A DNA stretch of 63,957 bases, the filler included, from Choristocarpus tenellus KU-1152 (taxonomy: Eukaryota; Protista; Phaeophyceae), in NCBI GenBank assembly GCA_964200185.2. It is 10 parts of 10 records of this genome, joined end to end, with 100 filler letters (N's around TTAATTAATTAA, not from the genome) between each part and the next. Parts side by side here need not be neighbours in the genome. Positions count along the whole stretch, not along the records: positions 47,025 to 54,209 come from CAXNAD020006572.1; positions 54,310 to 61,205 come from CAXNAD020007125.1; positions 61,306 to 63,957 come from CAXNAD020025943.1; 7 more parts are not named here. One strand, 5' to 3'. Positions 47,941 to 61,623 of this stretch are shown one piece after another (position 1 is the first letter of the stretch; each line of letters begins with the position of its first letter). Below the pieces are notes generated by a model, which saw nothing but the letters and a program-made list of their open reading frames with translations, ran no database searches and had not been told where the DNA came from. The position numbers and the translations under genes are program-made.

Positions 47941-50900
47941 CTGTCCTGCAGAAGGAAATTCACTGGACTGATGGAAAAATATCTTGGAAGCACCACCGGC
48001 ACTGTCATGACTTGAGGGAGGCGACTGCACCTCATGACCTGTCTCACGCAGAACCCTGAGAAAATTTTTTTTCATTTAATTTTTCTTTAATTAAAAAAAC
48101 AGAAAATATGTAACATGATAAAATACAATCAAATGAATAAAAAAAGAACACCACTGTACTTTATGCAAGTATACAAAACCACAACCCTAACCACAACAAG
48201 GTTAGGAGATATTCATTACCCTTGCCATCTTCGCATTACCTCTCCAAATTACCTCTCTTCTAATTACCTCTTCTAATCATCTCTCCTAATTATCTCTCCT
48301 AAATACCTCTCCTAATTACCTCTTCTAATTATCTCTCTTCTAATTACCTCTCCTAATTACCTCTTCTAATTATTTCTCTCCTAATTATCTCTCTTCTAAT
48401 TATCTCCCTTCTAATTACCTCTTCTAATTACCTCTTCTAATTATTTCCCTCCTAATTCTGTTGGTACCCACCTAACCCTAACCCTTCATGAACCAGACCT
48501 ACTTTACTTACTACTGTTCAAAAAATAAAAATAATATAAACATTGAAACAAAAAATAATGAAAATAAATAATATAATAACAAAAACAATCATGCTATATA
48601 TTTTTTTTAATTTATTGATCAACTTCAACCACTGCATCAAGAGCGATACCAAAATAGTTAGCACTAACCCTAACCCTAACCCCAACCCCACGCGTTAAAC
48701 AAAAAAAAAATTGTGGACTGAGGAAGGGGGATATTACATCCACAGCAGGGACTACTACATAGACCAACAGCCCCAGAACACTTCCCTGGGTAAGGGACAT
48801 GACTGACATGAACTAAGCAGCATATTAAAGAGGGTAGGGCCACGTCAATATCGTTAGGGGTCATAAATCCAACGATATTGATTGATACAATTTCTATTCT
48901 GTTTCTTAGAGAGTATCAATATATCCCTTGCTCTGGAGCACACCTTTCAAAGTCGTATACATTTTAGGGTTAGGGTTAGTGTTCACAAACAGAAAACCAA
49001 AAAAGGGCATAAAATAACCTGTGGGAAGCCAAAGTCAAGAGCCAAACGAACAATCAGGGCAAAAATTCCCAAAATAACAGTAACAATACCCTCCCAAAAT
49101 GCTTTGACTCAATAGTAACAGTAACAGTAACAATAAGATCAACAGTAAAGATAAACACCCTCAAGTAATGCCTGTCATCAAGCATTATGACTGTGATCAC
49201 CAAGTTAAGTTCCAAAACCCTTCTTTTCTTCTTCTCAACTCCGAAACATAAAACATAAAACATAAAACATAAAAACATAAAAACATCAAACATCAACATC
49301 ATGCAATAAAAAAAAATAATAAAAAAAAAGAAATAAAAAATCCAATCACTTCACGGTACGCACTCCATACCTCAACGACACAAACAAAACCAACATTTTT
49401 TTTTGTTAAAAAAATGAAAAGAAAAAAAAAGAAACGTAAAAAAAGTAAAAAGAATCGTAACTCACCTCCCCAGCGGACCCCCATCCCTAGACAGTGGACC
49501 AGTAGAGATCACCCTGCGCTCCTCCTCCGTGAAGGCACCATCAGGGGCCACCTTGTAGAGGCCACGCAGAAGAAAAGCCGGGTTAAAAAAAAAAGAAAGA
49601 AATAAACATTTTTTTTTGTTTTAAAAAATTACAGGAAAGGAAAAAAAAATAGTTTGGTGGGTTAAAAAAAAAAGAAAAGATTTTTTCTTCTGTGTAGGAT
49701 GAGAGAGTATTCTATATCCCAGCAAGGCCTCCAAGTTGGTATGTGACTACACCATCAGTTAAATGTAGATCGAGGTCATGCCCTGTCATATCATGGCCTG
49801 GGAAGGCAGTGTGGCACATACATGTATATATATATATATTTATATTTATATTTACGATGAACACAATACCATGACCTGGGAAGGAAGTGTGGCACATACA
49901 TGAACTATGTACATACATAGAAAAACTCATAGCACACAACTGAATGCCAACACATGAATACTTGTGTATAATACACGACTATATTATTTTTATTATTCTG
50001 GATCGCCTCTCTGCCACAGCGAAAAATAATTAATTAAAACAAAAATAATTAATTAAAACACCACTACCACTATACACCGATGTGTATACTTCATGCTTAT
50101 TATAATTCATGCTTATTATTGTGTTATTCAAATTATTGTGTTTTAAGAATCTTATCATTTCCACTACATCACCTCATTATCATAGTTGTAACCAATTTAA
50201 ACCTGATCGCTACCAATACCAATACTAACACTACACTTCTTCTTTTTTTTTAACTATTCTACACATTTTTTTTGTAACGCCTGCACTCCATCCCTCAGTT
50301 TATTATCTATTATTATGTTTATTATTCCTATCATGAGAAACAAAAAAGAGCAAGTCTAACCCTAATAAATAACATCTAGAGATTTAAATAGTACAACTTT
50401 TCACTTCCAACGTGTGCATGTTCTCACTACTATAGAAAGGTACACTGAAATAAGGTAGCCTTCAATAAGGTATACTACAACAAGGCACACTGCAATAGCA
50501 TCACTGTCTTACACAAATTACTTCATTCAATAAACAAATTACTCAAAAAATAAAAATAAAACAATACTAAAAAAAAACGAATTTTAACTTCGAACAATTT
50601 CAAAAATAGCACACAAAAAATAACATAGAATATACATATATATATACATACATATATATAGTACAAAAAAAAATTCCAGCGATCGCAAAAAAAATAAAAT
50701 AATATAAATCAAAAAAAGTTAGACCGCGAAGAGCAACACCAAACACCGCCTCCACACTTCAATCAAAAACCCTTGCGTCCACCACTCAACCACTACTGAC
50801 ACACACTTTTACAAATAAAATTCACTTCTCTTTTTTTCTTTCAAAGTTTTCACTATTCTAGGGTTAGGGTTAGGGCCGCGTTCCCATCCGCAAAGGATGA

Positions 50901-52459
50901 CTTTCCTCTTTCTTTTTTTTTAATTTAGCAAGATGAACAAAAAAAAACGATATGATTATTATTTAATTTAGCAACATGGAAAAAAAAAAATTCTCTTCTC
51001 TTCACCATCGTAACTAAAAACGTGTTCGAGTTCTCCTCCCCCGCCCCTCCCCCTCCCTCCTCTCCCCCCTCCCCCTTCTCTTCGTTACTTCTGTTATTTT
51101 TTTTACATTTTTTGTTTTTGTTTTTTTCCTTCTCACCTCAAGTGTCTCTATCTGCAAGGTAGGGTCTCGAATGACCGTCTTCAGGTGGAGGATGGCAGGC
51201 GTGTGCTCCTGAGGAAAAAAATTAAATAAAGTTATCATTTTTTTTTATATACACACACACACACACCCTCCAAGTACAAACAAATAAATTATCTGTTGCA
51301 GCAGTAGATTGATACTGCAATAAACCCACAGAAAGGTTAACTATATCCTTTCACATAACCAAGAGACAGGTAGGGATACTACTTCAAAAACAAATGCTAG
51401 CTACACCAAAAGACATCAGTTCAAATGCAAACCAGTATTTAAGCAGATTGAATGCAGAAACATGGATATAGACAACCCCCAAGGCAATAACCATATCAGT
51501 AACAATAATAACAATAGCAATAACAAAAACAATAATAATAACAATATCAGTAACAATATCAATATCAATTACAATAATAATAATAACAATAACAACAACA
51601 ACAACAACAACATAAATAATATCAGTAACAATATCAGTAACAATAACAATAACAACATTAATAATAACAGTAACAATATCAGTAACAATAACAATAGCAA
51701 TATCAATAAAACAATAACAATAATAATAACATCAGTAACAATAATAACAATAGCAATAACAAAAACAATAATGATAACAATATAAGTAACAATAACCCTA
51801 AATAGGTGTGTTCTACTAATCCAACTATTCATGAAAAAATGAAAAAATATGTTTCATCTCGAGGGAACATTTTTGGAAGTAATATATATATCTATATATA
51901 TATATTTATTTTTTATTTCATCAGTTACAATATATATATATATATATTTATTTTCTATTTAACCGTTGTTCCAATCATGTCATAGCCTGTCAAGGACGTC
52001 AATCATGTCAACCTAGTGGATGTTTTGAAAAAGAGCAAGAAACAAACCCAAGCAATAGGGACACTGCTTCCAAAAGTAGGAATATGAATATGAATGTGAA
52101 TATGAATATGAATATAAAAGTGAGTGTTAAAATAAACAAGAATGTGAACATGAATATGAACATGAATATGACCACAAATATAAATACAGATGTAAATACG
52201 ACTATATATATATGAATAAATATAAACATGCTGTGAGAAGTTGATCAAAAACATTCATATATATATATTGACATAATGTGGGTTGTATTCATGTAAAAAC
52301 TACTCCTTCTAAACCTTGTTAAAACCCTTCAGAAACAAATACTATCAATACCCTATCTACTGCATGATTTTACATACTTGAAGGCACTGATCTATACACT
52401 CAAATGGAATCAGCAAAAAATAAAAAGAGTGACATCGCATAATAACAATATTAATAATA

Positions 52460-52490
<31 letters not shown>

Positions 52491-53829
52491 TATAGTAATA
52501 ATAATAATTGTAATAATAATAATGATAGGACTAATAATAATAATAGGACTAATAATTATAATAGTAATAATAATAGTACTAATAGTACTAATAATAATCA
52601 TGAAAATAATATCAATAACAATAATAATAATAGTGACCTGAACCAAATCGATACAATCAAAAAAATATCACAAAAAAATAGCCAACGACTTCGTCAAACC
52701 TATCTTTTCAAAATTATTTATTAAATTAAAAAAATAAAAATAATAATACAGATATACTAACAGTATGTAAAGAGAACGTGTTATCAAATACACACAAAGT
52801 ATAACAGAAAGTACAACAGAAAGTACAACAGAAAGTACAACAGAAAGTATAACAGAAAGTATAACAGAAAGTACAACAGAAAGTATAACAGGAAGTATAA
52901 CAGAAAGTACAACAGAAAGTATAACAGAAAGTATAACAGAAAGTATAACAGAAAGAGCATCGAATTAAAAAATCAAAACAGTTGAATTAATTTTAAAGGA
53001 GTACTCACCATCAATACACTCACCAATTGTCTTGAAAATAATAAAAAAATGCCTATATATTATAATCACAACACACTCCTGAGCACCCTACAAGAATTTT
53101 AAGAAATGATACCGTATACAGCACCTCCAAAATAAAAATAAAAATAAAAATAAAAATAAAACATTACAGAAGTACCTGTACTCCACTGCAAAATCAAGAA
53201 AAATAATAATATAACTTGACGTCGATAATAATCATAACAGAATCAAAACATACAAAAAATAAAAATATCACGCACTACAAAAACACAACAGTAACAATAA
53301 TAATAAACAAATCGGCAGACACTTTGGACTGAGGTATCTTCAACTCAGAGCGGGGATTTCGAAACCAAAACTGCAGGGCAACCCAAAGGTAACATCTCTG
53401 ACCAATGAAGAAGACGAGGACTGATACTTAAATCTAGTTCATTTTTTACTTCCGGCATTAAAAAAAAAGAAAAAGAGTATACAATAATTGACTAGAATAT
53501 CAACACCATATAACCACACCAACATCACACCTCACTGACCAATCATCACGGTCTAAAACACCCCTCGACCAATCAGAAGTGGTATAAATATAAAACATAA
53601 AAAAGGGGGATATGTATATATATACATACACACACACACACACACAACAGACATACAATCCATTCCAGGCCACTCAGTTAGGAAAAGCATGGAAAACAAA
53701 TGGGAGGGAGGGGAAAGGGGTCTGTCTTTGCATTGACTCACCCTGGGAGAGAAGTGCACAATGGTGATGATGGAGAAGAACCAACACAAAAACATGACAA
53801 GATCGGCCACCAGCTCAGCAGCCTTCACT
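47941..53829 (-). CDS. Unidentified multi-exon gene (hypothetical, possibly membrane-associated), partial
   Basis: GC-richer exons with AG/GT borders in AT-rich introns: 53829-53742 (VKAAELVADLVMFLCWFFSIITIVHFSPR), then 51208-51137, 49551-49466 and 48898-48808 (these three are phase-compatible), and 48055-47941 (connection uncertain). Confidence 0.55.
48236..48457. repeat. Degenerate 13-15-bp minisatellite (CTAATTACCTCTT)
   Basis: Visible tandem units. Confidence 0.85.
51485..51795. repeat. Low-complexity (AAC/AAT)n tract
   Basis: Explains the poly-N and poly-L ORFs. A similar AAT tract lies at ~52440-52632. Confidence 0.85.
52796..52955. repeat. 12-bp minisatellite (ACAGAAAGTA(T/C)A)n
   Basis: About 13 tandem units. 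Confidence 0.9.
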
Positions 53830-54095
53830 CTACCAGACACAAAATAAAATAAAAAAAATAGCACATAACAAAAATAAATTCAGAAAGCAGCATTACCTAC
53901 AATTTCATCCAATATTCTACCAGTCCCAAGATACAAGGGAATAAATATAAATAAATTTTACAATTTCCCGGAACGTTCTTCGCGGCTGCAAAATTCTTCT
54001 TCAGTAGAGGCACGTTGCCTGCTCTATTGTCATTCAATATTTACAATAATGTACCATATTAATTCAAGTCCTTCAAAACCAACCTACAAGGAAAA

Positions 54096-54209
54096 AATAA
54101 AAATGACTGAGGAAAAGAACAAGGGGTCTCAAAACAAACTCAATAAAATAGATTAGAAAAATGACTGAGGAAAAGAACAAGGGGTCTCAAAACAAACTCA
54201 ATAAAATAG
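54096..54209. repeat. ~59-bp tandem duplication at contig end
   Basis: AAAATGACTGAGGAAAAGAACAAGGGGTCTCAAAACAAACTCAATAAAATAG occurs twice. Confidence 0.85.
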
Positions 54210-55148
54210 NNNNNNNNNNNNNNNNNNNNNNNNNNNNNNNNNNNNNNNNNNNNTTAATTAATTAANNNNNNNNNNNNNNNNNNNNNNNNNNNNNNNNNNN
54301 NNNNNNNNNGCCAATGGAGACAAGGTAGGGAGAAATTGGGTGTTTTTTTTTCCGATATAATGTGAGGGCCATCTTCCAACTGAGGTATACCTGTAAGGTG
54401 ACCTATCTCGAAGATCTGTTGTACATATGGCATCTGTTTTTGCACGTTGAAGTTAACATGCTCGAATTAAATAGCGGGTGGTTTGAGGGGACCTTGCAAA
54501 CCCCCCTCTCACTTTCCATGTGTTCACTCCTTTCCTGAGTGATGTTCTGAGGGATTGCTCTCCCTCTTGCCTTGTCTCTCTCAACTTTCTCACATCTTGT
54601 CGGTCTTCCTGCTCCTCTTCAGTCTGAAGAACCTGCCGGCTTGCTTCCATCTGTTTCATGATAAAACCAATATCTAAAGTATCAAATATTCTATGGAACA
54701 CTTGGAAACGAACAGACAGGTCTCTCATGGTGTGGAACGTGTTGTTTCGTCTCCTCGATCGAACTATGTGCCAATCGGAATAATGTGACTTACGCACACA
54801 GGGCAGGTGTGGTGCTAGAAGTACGGGCAACGAATTAAGAGTGTCCCCCCCAACGTACGCTTGAAGCATTCTCCCACTTCAGAACTGAAGCTATCATCGT
54901 CAAATGTTGAACAGTTGGAAATGGACAGAAATGTTATTCAGACTGAAGGGGGGAGTGGGAAGACCCACAGGAGGAATTGAAAGGGGAGAGGCAAAGTAGG
55001 AGGGTAAGGAATTATCAGAAAGTCACTCAAAGAAGGAGTGAACCAGGGAAGAGAATGAGGAGGGTTGTAAGCTTAACTCAAACAACCTGGATATTGACTT
55101 CATCAGGAAGCAAATGTTGAGGTCAAATGAGGAAACAGACCTTGATGT

Positions 55149-55562
55149 ATATATTCTAAAGGAAAGGCAATTTAATGATATAACCTGGGCTAAAATTGGC
55201 TATCAACATTAAAATAAAATAAATTTGATCTGATAGATTTTGTACTTGATATTGGAACATCCAAGAATTTTCAACCTTTATAATATTTTGTACTTTCAAG
55301 TATATACTAAAAAGATATTGATACATCATATCTAAGAGTTAAATATATGTTTATATATTCTAAAGGAAAGGCAATTTAAAGATATAACCTGGGCTAAAAT
55401 TGGCTATCACCATTAAAATAAAATAAATTTGATCTGATAAATTTTGTATTTGATATTGGAACATCCAAGAATTTTCAACCTTTATAATATTTTGTACTTT
55501 CAAGTATATACTAAAAACATATTGATACATCATATCTAAGAGTTAAATATATATTTATATAT
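55149..55562. repeat. ~200-bp AT-rich tandem duplication
   Basis: Two near-identical copies of TATATTCTAAAGGAAAGGCAATTTAA...CTAAGAGTTAAATATAT. Confidence 0.88.
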
Positions 55563-55740
55563 TAAGACCCATCATTGCACAGTAGTATTAAAGCGGCTCT
55601 GCGATTAATACGAGATAAATTGCAACAGAGATCTAAGGTTTAATATGGAGAAATAGATGTAGTTGAATGTGTATTGCATGTCTTGTAAAACAATTACCTA
55701 GGGCTTGGGGTCAGATTGGATACTAGGTTCTACTCGGATT

Positions 55741-56015
55741 GGCCCATGGTATCTTTGAGGGGGAATTGCTTAGATCAGTTGTCCATTCAGGGCTTGATGG
55801 GATATTGTAAGATGCTCCAGTTTGATGCTCGTTCTGCTGGTGACTCCACATCGGATTTGGTTCAGGCAGGGGGGTGGAAAGGAAGGTGCGCTTAGATGAA
55901 GGAAATTACCCCTGCGTCTGACACGTTCATTTAGTATGACATGAATATCAGTACAGATTCACAAAGAAAGGCAGCCCAATGAACACTGGACCTCTCCTCT
56001 AGGACACTCTGGGAC
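55741..56015. mobile_element. MITE family C copy
   Basis: GGCCCATGGTATCTTTGAGG...CCTCTAGGACACTCTGGGAC, TSD ATT. Homologous to 7293-7571. Confidence 0.75.
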
Positions 56016-58781
56016 ATTTTGTTGTTAGAACTCCGATAATTATGCTCGACCGACTGGACAATGACTACCAGAGCCAAATACATGAACACAAAAAGACTTT
56101 GCGTATGATTTTTTTAGTAAAGAAAGTAACAGCCAAGTATGGATGGGTTCACAGCGTCTGCTATGAAAAAATAGTTGTAATTTCAGAGCAACCACGATAG
56201 AGCTGTAGATCACAATCAGCGTGTTGTAGGTGTGGGATTTCGTATGTGAAATATCGATTATACGAGTGGATCTGACACTTTGTTCACTCCACGACAAACT
56301 TATTTACAGAAGCGCTATGTGGGTATACTGAATCAGTCCGCTGCTGATGACTGTTGGACAATTCTGCTCTGGACTTGTTTCACTCAATCTGTTTCTACAT
56401 TGATAAAGTGGTACGAATAGCTTATGCCTCTGGGGTTTTCCCGTCATCACTTTTGATGTAGACCGGATTAAATACCAATTGCATATTAGTGATGCCCGTC
56501 ACAAGGTTCTCCAGAGTGGGGGCTTGGTAATATTTATTACATTTTCAATTTATAGAATGATCACCCATATTGGGGTTCGAACCCTGGATTGTAGGTCACC
56601 AAGCGTGGGAACAGATGTACTACTACTTGATTAGTGTATACCTGGTTAGACCTAACCCTAAACGCAAACTATGTTGTTTAATCAAAATTATACTCACCGC
56701 ACAAAACTCTAGGATGCATCATATATGTGTTGTGCACTTTATAGTGATCTTTGTGGTGATAGGTGTGGTGCATTACACAGTTGGAAGGAATTGCCATACT
56801 GTCAACCTGGCATTGTCTTCAATCGATATACTATAAATTGCCCGCCTACACATGTCAACCAACCAAATGTAGAGTGACTATTGTGTTTTGGCTGTTTTTA
56901 CATTCCACAGGGAATTTTCAACTTGAGATAAGGGCATTAAAAAAGGGCGACAATAATGATAACTTGTTTCTGCCAATTAAATACACTTAACAAATCAGCC
57001 AGAATGAACTCTATACAGGTAAGGGTTAACTGCTCCAAAAACGGGTTCAACTAGAAAGTCACAGGGGCCCAAACAACTCATTGTAACCACTTCATGGCTA
57101 TCTTTTGCTCATAGGAAACAGAAGATCTACTCAACAATGTTTTGATGGCTCTTACATCCATGCTGTGCTTGCATCTTTTCTCAGGTCTCATTGATACCCC
57201 CGTCTTGAAACACATGCCTCCAATAGCAACAACTTTATACTTTCCCTAGCAACCTTGGATCACTGATATATTTCATCCAGATATATGATCAACTGTTGTC
57301 AGTGTGGAATTGTTCAGACGCACGAATAGACGGAGAGAGGGAGATACAAACGAAGGCATGCATATGCTCCGGAGTATATAGGAAGGAGGCAAGGGTAGAA
57401 GGGGAAGGATGGGAAGAGAAAGTGTCAATCAGCAATGCCCCTCGGGTCATTGTTGTTTTTCTAGGATGTGATGTTTTTGGCATGTCAGTAAATGGAGGAT
57501 GAGAATTTCGTTAGTCTCGCTATTAGTGATATGGCTGACAGCCCTGTCAGAGGAAGTCAAAGTAACAGAGAAAATTCATTTTTTAATTTGAGGAATCTTC
57601 CACAAAGTGCCATATTTTACCAATCAGGAAAGGTGAGCATTTATCTCAACACAGGAGGATAAAAAAATAAACTACGACTAGCGCAATGCAATTTTTTAGC
57701 TGCAGTATTACCTATTTTACAAAACCACTGCTCTGAAGTTACATTGTTGGAGAGGGTCATTATTTTACCGTTCTTATCATGATCACATGAACCTGGACAA
57801 GAAATCCTATTATTCAGTACACAATATACACTAGAGTTTGAAGCATGAAACATAGTCCAAGAGTACAACAACTGAAAAACAGTACACTGAAGATATCTTA
57901 GATTGACTCGAATAGGTGTAACTTTGTAACCCATTTTGGAAGGCATGGAGAAGGCATAAAAAGGGTAGGTAGTTTTGGAATGTTTTTGCACACAGAATTT
58001 CATGTTCGTCTTTAGTATACGTTCAATTTTGTGAAGTGGGTAGGATAAGAAGCCATACTGTAGTGCAAAGAGAATCCTCATAGCCGAGTAGTTATTGGAT
58101 ACTGTTGCATACTGTTCCTTCCATGAATTTCGCAGCCTTAATCAGACCTCCCTGACACCACGTTCACATTGTTGGGAACATGGCTTCAATGATCCAAAGT
58201 CCAGGTGGCAAGCACAACAGATTGTACACCCGCCCCATCTTACCTCTAGCTTACTACACCTAGATGGACGTGCCAATGAGGGGCGATGGCTTTGCAATCG
58301 GTTCATTCAGATACTAGGTACTCTCATACTTGCCTTTTGTCAACTGCAAGAATTTGTATGTAAGACACAACAGTCGTATCTTCTGCAAGTAATAAAAGTG
58401 GTGTTTCAAGGTATTTACAACTCCAATCAGTAACCAGCTCATTGCCCCAATTGATTATTTCAGGTTTTGTGTAGGGCGATGCTCATCCTGTGCTCTGTGC
58501 TTTCGGCTCCAGCAACACTGCTCCATCGAATACTCACACCAGATCCAACCAAGTACTGTCAATACTTCATGTCATAAGACATACTGCACACAATCAACCG
58601 CGAGTCTCAAGGTGGTACCAGTCGCCTCTTCCAACCGCCTTTACAATAGAACAAGGTGACAGCAAGGCTATCCAATCAAACCTATTGTACTAGTGCGCTC
58701 TTGTACAGTCAATATGGAGTGAAGAGTAATAGTACCATTAGAGCATGGTTGTGTGCTCGGAGTATAGTAAGAACAATGTTT

Positions 58782-58964
58782 GACTCAAAGTATCTGGGAG
58801 GGGGTGGCAGCTGTCCATTTGGGATCAATTTTTTCATGTCGTGATTTTTAGGTGATTTGGTTGCATACATCAGATGGATACTGTAAATGCACATTTCCGT
58901 ATTTTGGTCCAAATGGACACCTTGGTGTAGACCCCCTCCCCCCCCCTCCCAGATACTTTGGGTC
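58782..58964. mobile_element. MITE family A copy
   Basis: GACTCAAAGTATCT...AGATACTTTGGGTC, TSD TTT. Confidence 0.88.
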
Positions 58965-59688
58965 TTTAGATATGAATATTTCGGACAATCATCTCCTCCA
59001 GAGAAAACTATCAAAGGTCCTCACCAGAGATGATTGCGCACCATCACCAATGAGGATGCAAATATTTAGCACCAGAGAGAACATTTACACCTTGTTCACA
59101 TTACCGCATACCTAGATCCCTAATGACACAATAGGCCCAACCAACGGCGCACTTGCCTCTCCCACAAGAAGGCATCATCAAGCTTGGTTCAATAACGTCA
59201 CTAAGTCACAACAGGATTTCACAATGGGCAGAAGACGAGACTAGACAAGATAGGCACACTACCCTAAAGGGGGGCAGCAGTGATAAGAAGCACACACACG
59301 AGTCAAGACATTGCAGACCTTAATTGTACCTTTCAGTTATCCTTTCCATCACATGTCACCTCAAAGACAACACGAGACCATATATCTCTTCTACATTATC
59401 CACTGACACAGCACAAGATGAGTCTGCCCTAATATCTGTGTAGAGCTTCTTCATCCCCAGGAAATGACCAAAATACCATGGAGTGTTTGAAGGATGGGGA
59501 GTTATTGTTATTGTGGACATAAGCTGTAGAGATTAGATTTAAAAAGAATGTAGAAAACATGCAAGAGAAAAAAAACAGAACACCATACCAAATACCAAAT
59601 ACTGTCTATTTCTTGGAGCACACAGGCCTTTTCCCAAAATTATGCAAAACAAATCCTAAACAAACTCAACAGACAAAATTGGAGCCTG

Positions 59689-60341
59689 TCATCCCCCCCC
59701 GGGAATGAGCTTCAGCATGTGGGAGTGCAAAGCTTTGAAGTGCTCCGCCTTTACCCTCAGCATCAAGCTTGTAGGCCCACTGCCCCCTACATTTGCCAGA
59801 AACCTGATTGAGTTATTTTGTTCACACTCAATCAACTTCATACCCTGATAAGCTGCCACATTGAGCAACACCTGGTTCATCCGTTTAAAGAACACACGCA
59901 AACAATGGGAATTCACAGGTCAGGTCAGACATTACTATCCTGCTTGAGGGCACATCATGCACGGCATCCCAATTAGGGATCTATTTTCAGGCGGGTCACC
60001 ATTAGGACAAAGACATGAACATTACAGGAAGTCTTCCACTGAGAAGAGATTGCATGGTTACAACCAAAATTTAACCGCTTATTCAAATGGTGATCGTGCA
60101 CACAAACATATAATACCATACTACACTTTGCCACATGTAAGGGTTTCATTTAATCAAGCACTCTGCAAGTGAATTACCCATTGCTCCCCAGACTGACCTT
60201 GCCAATGTAATTCCTAAGCACTATTCGCCGCTTATCCGTTTCAGTGTCCCTCATCAAGCGAAGGATGCCCACCCCTAAGTCAGTCCATGTGGTATTGTCC
60301 TTGTTGAAGCGATATAACTTTGACGACACCTGATACTTCAC
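59689..60341 (-). CDS. C-terminal Ran-binding (RanBP1-type) domain, Nup50/Nup2-like, last two exons
   Basis: Exons 60341-60198 and 59871-59689: KLYRFNKDNTTWTDLGVGILRL..KRRIVLRNYIGK|VLLNV...LMLRVK..*. Confidence 0.82.
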
Positions 60342-61623
60342 CTGTCCAGAACACAACCAACAGAAAAAAAAGGGGGACGGAGAGTCTGTCAATGAAGGGG
60401 GAGAAGAAGACCAGAACTCACCACCCTCACCAATAGAGTTCATCACACAGCACGGAAGAATGCAATTCCCCAAACACAACATGTCCCTCACGTTGTAACT
60501 TCCACGGTCCATATTATTCGGGGAATTGTATTATTTCATTATAATTATTTGATCCTTGAAATCCTTGATTCAAGGTTCAGCAGCTTTTTTCAGCAGATTA
60601 TTGCAAAATCTTGCGCAACAAAGCGCTCATTTGGATAACAAACAAAATTAGAATGTTGCAAGGGAAAACAATCTCAACAAAAGCTGCACGTAATCTTGAT
60701 AGTAGTTGACATCTCAACTGTGGTGGAAACTGTCCAAATTTTCTTTTCTAACATCTTCATATTTGAGAAATGCAACCGTACAAACCTCCCATCCAATCCT
60801 ACCCTTGCACAATGATAGTAGTATACAATACCATCGTTATCATACCGTCCACAGAGTACAATACATGCTTGACCTCCTAGGGTACATCTGCACAGATGAC
60901 CCTACAATAAAAGGGCCAACCAGAAAGTGCTCAGCATAGCCAGGTTGTCTTCAAAAGTACCTCAACATTGCACGATGTGTCTTCCACATGTATTTTTCTA
61001 ATGGAACCATTTAACTACTTAACACTGTTCTATTTCCTATCTAGACACAGGCCACAATCCAAAGGTATGTATGAAATACCCCATTAGAGTGAATACAATA
61101 CAATACAATACAATAGTAGTACGACACACTGACAAAAAGAGTGGAAATGTTAATAATCGGGATGAAAGTTAAAAAAAAAACTTAGTGCACGGTGGTGTGC
61201 ACTAANNNNNNNNNNNNNNNNNNNNNNNNNNNNNNNNNNNNNNNNNNNNTTAATTAATTAANNNNNNNNNNNNNNNNNNNNNNNNNNNNNNNNNNNNNNN
61301 NNNNNCCCCCCCCCCCCCTCCCGCTCTTCTCCACCACCAACCCCCCCCCCCCCCCCCCCCCCCCCCTCCACGACTCTGAAAGTTGAATGCTTCCTCGAGA
61401 TCCAGCCAACACAACGTGGGGATCGATCCCTTGCTTGAGTGTGCTGCTTGAGTGTGCTGTAGCCACCTGAATGAGTATCATAAAGTTTATAACGATATAC
61501 GCCCCCTTACTCACTCAAGCGACTAAGAAGTCCTGTTCGACATTTGCCCCTCCTGCCTGACACCATTTGCAAAACAAACGTCGTCCTATTTGACCTCCAA
61601 GAACGAGAACTGGGGTCTCCTGC

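Noticed and set aside
51462-52646. Poly-Asn, poly-Ile and poly-Leu ORFs
   Set aside because: They are translations of intronic AAT/AAC microsatellites.
56560-56610. tRNA gene (GGGTTCGAACCC T-arm-like motif)
   Set aside because: No full cloverleaf can be formed. At most it is a decayed tRNA-derived SINE fragment.
57641-58700. ORFs of 100-150 aa as a gene or transposase
   Set aside because: There are no recognisable motifs or convincing splice structure, so the region is left unannotated.
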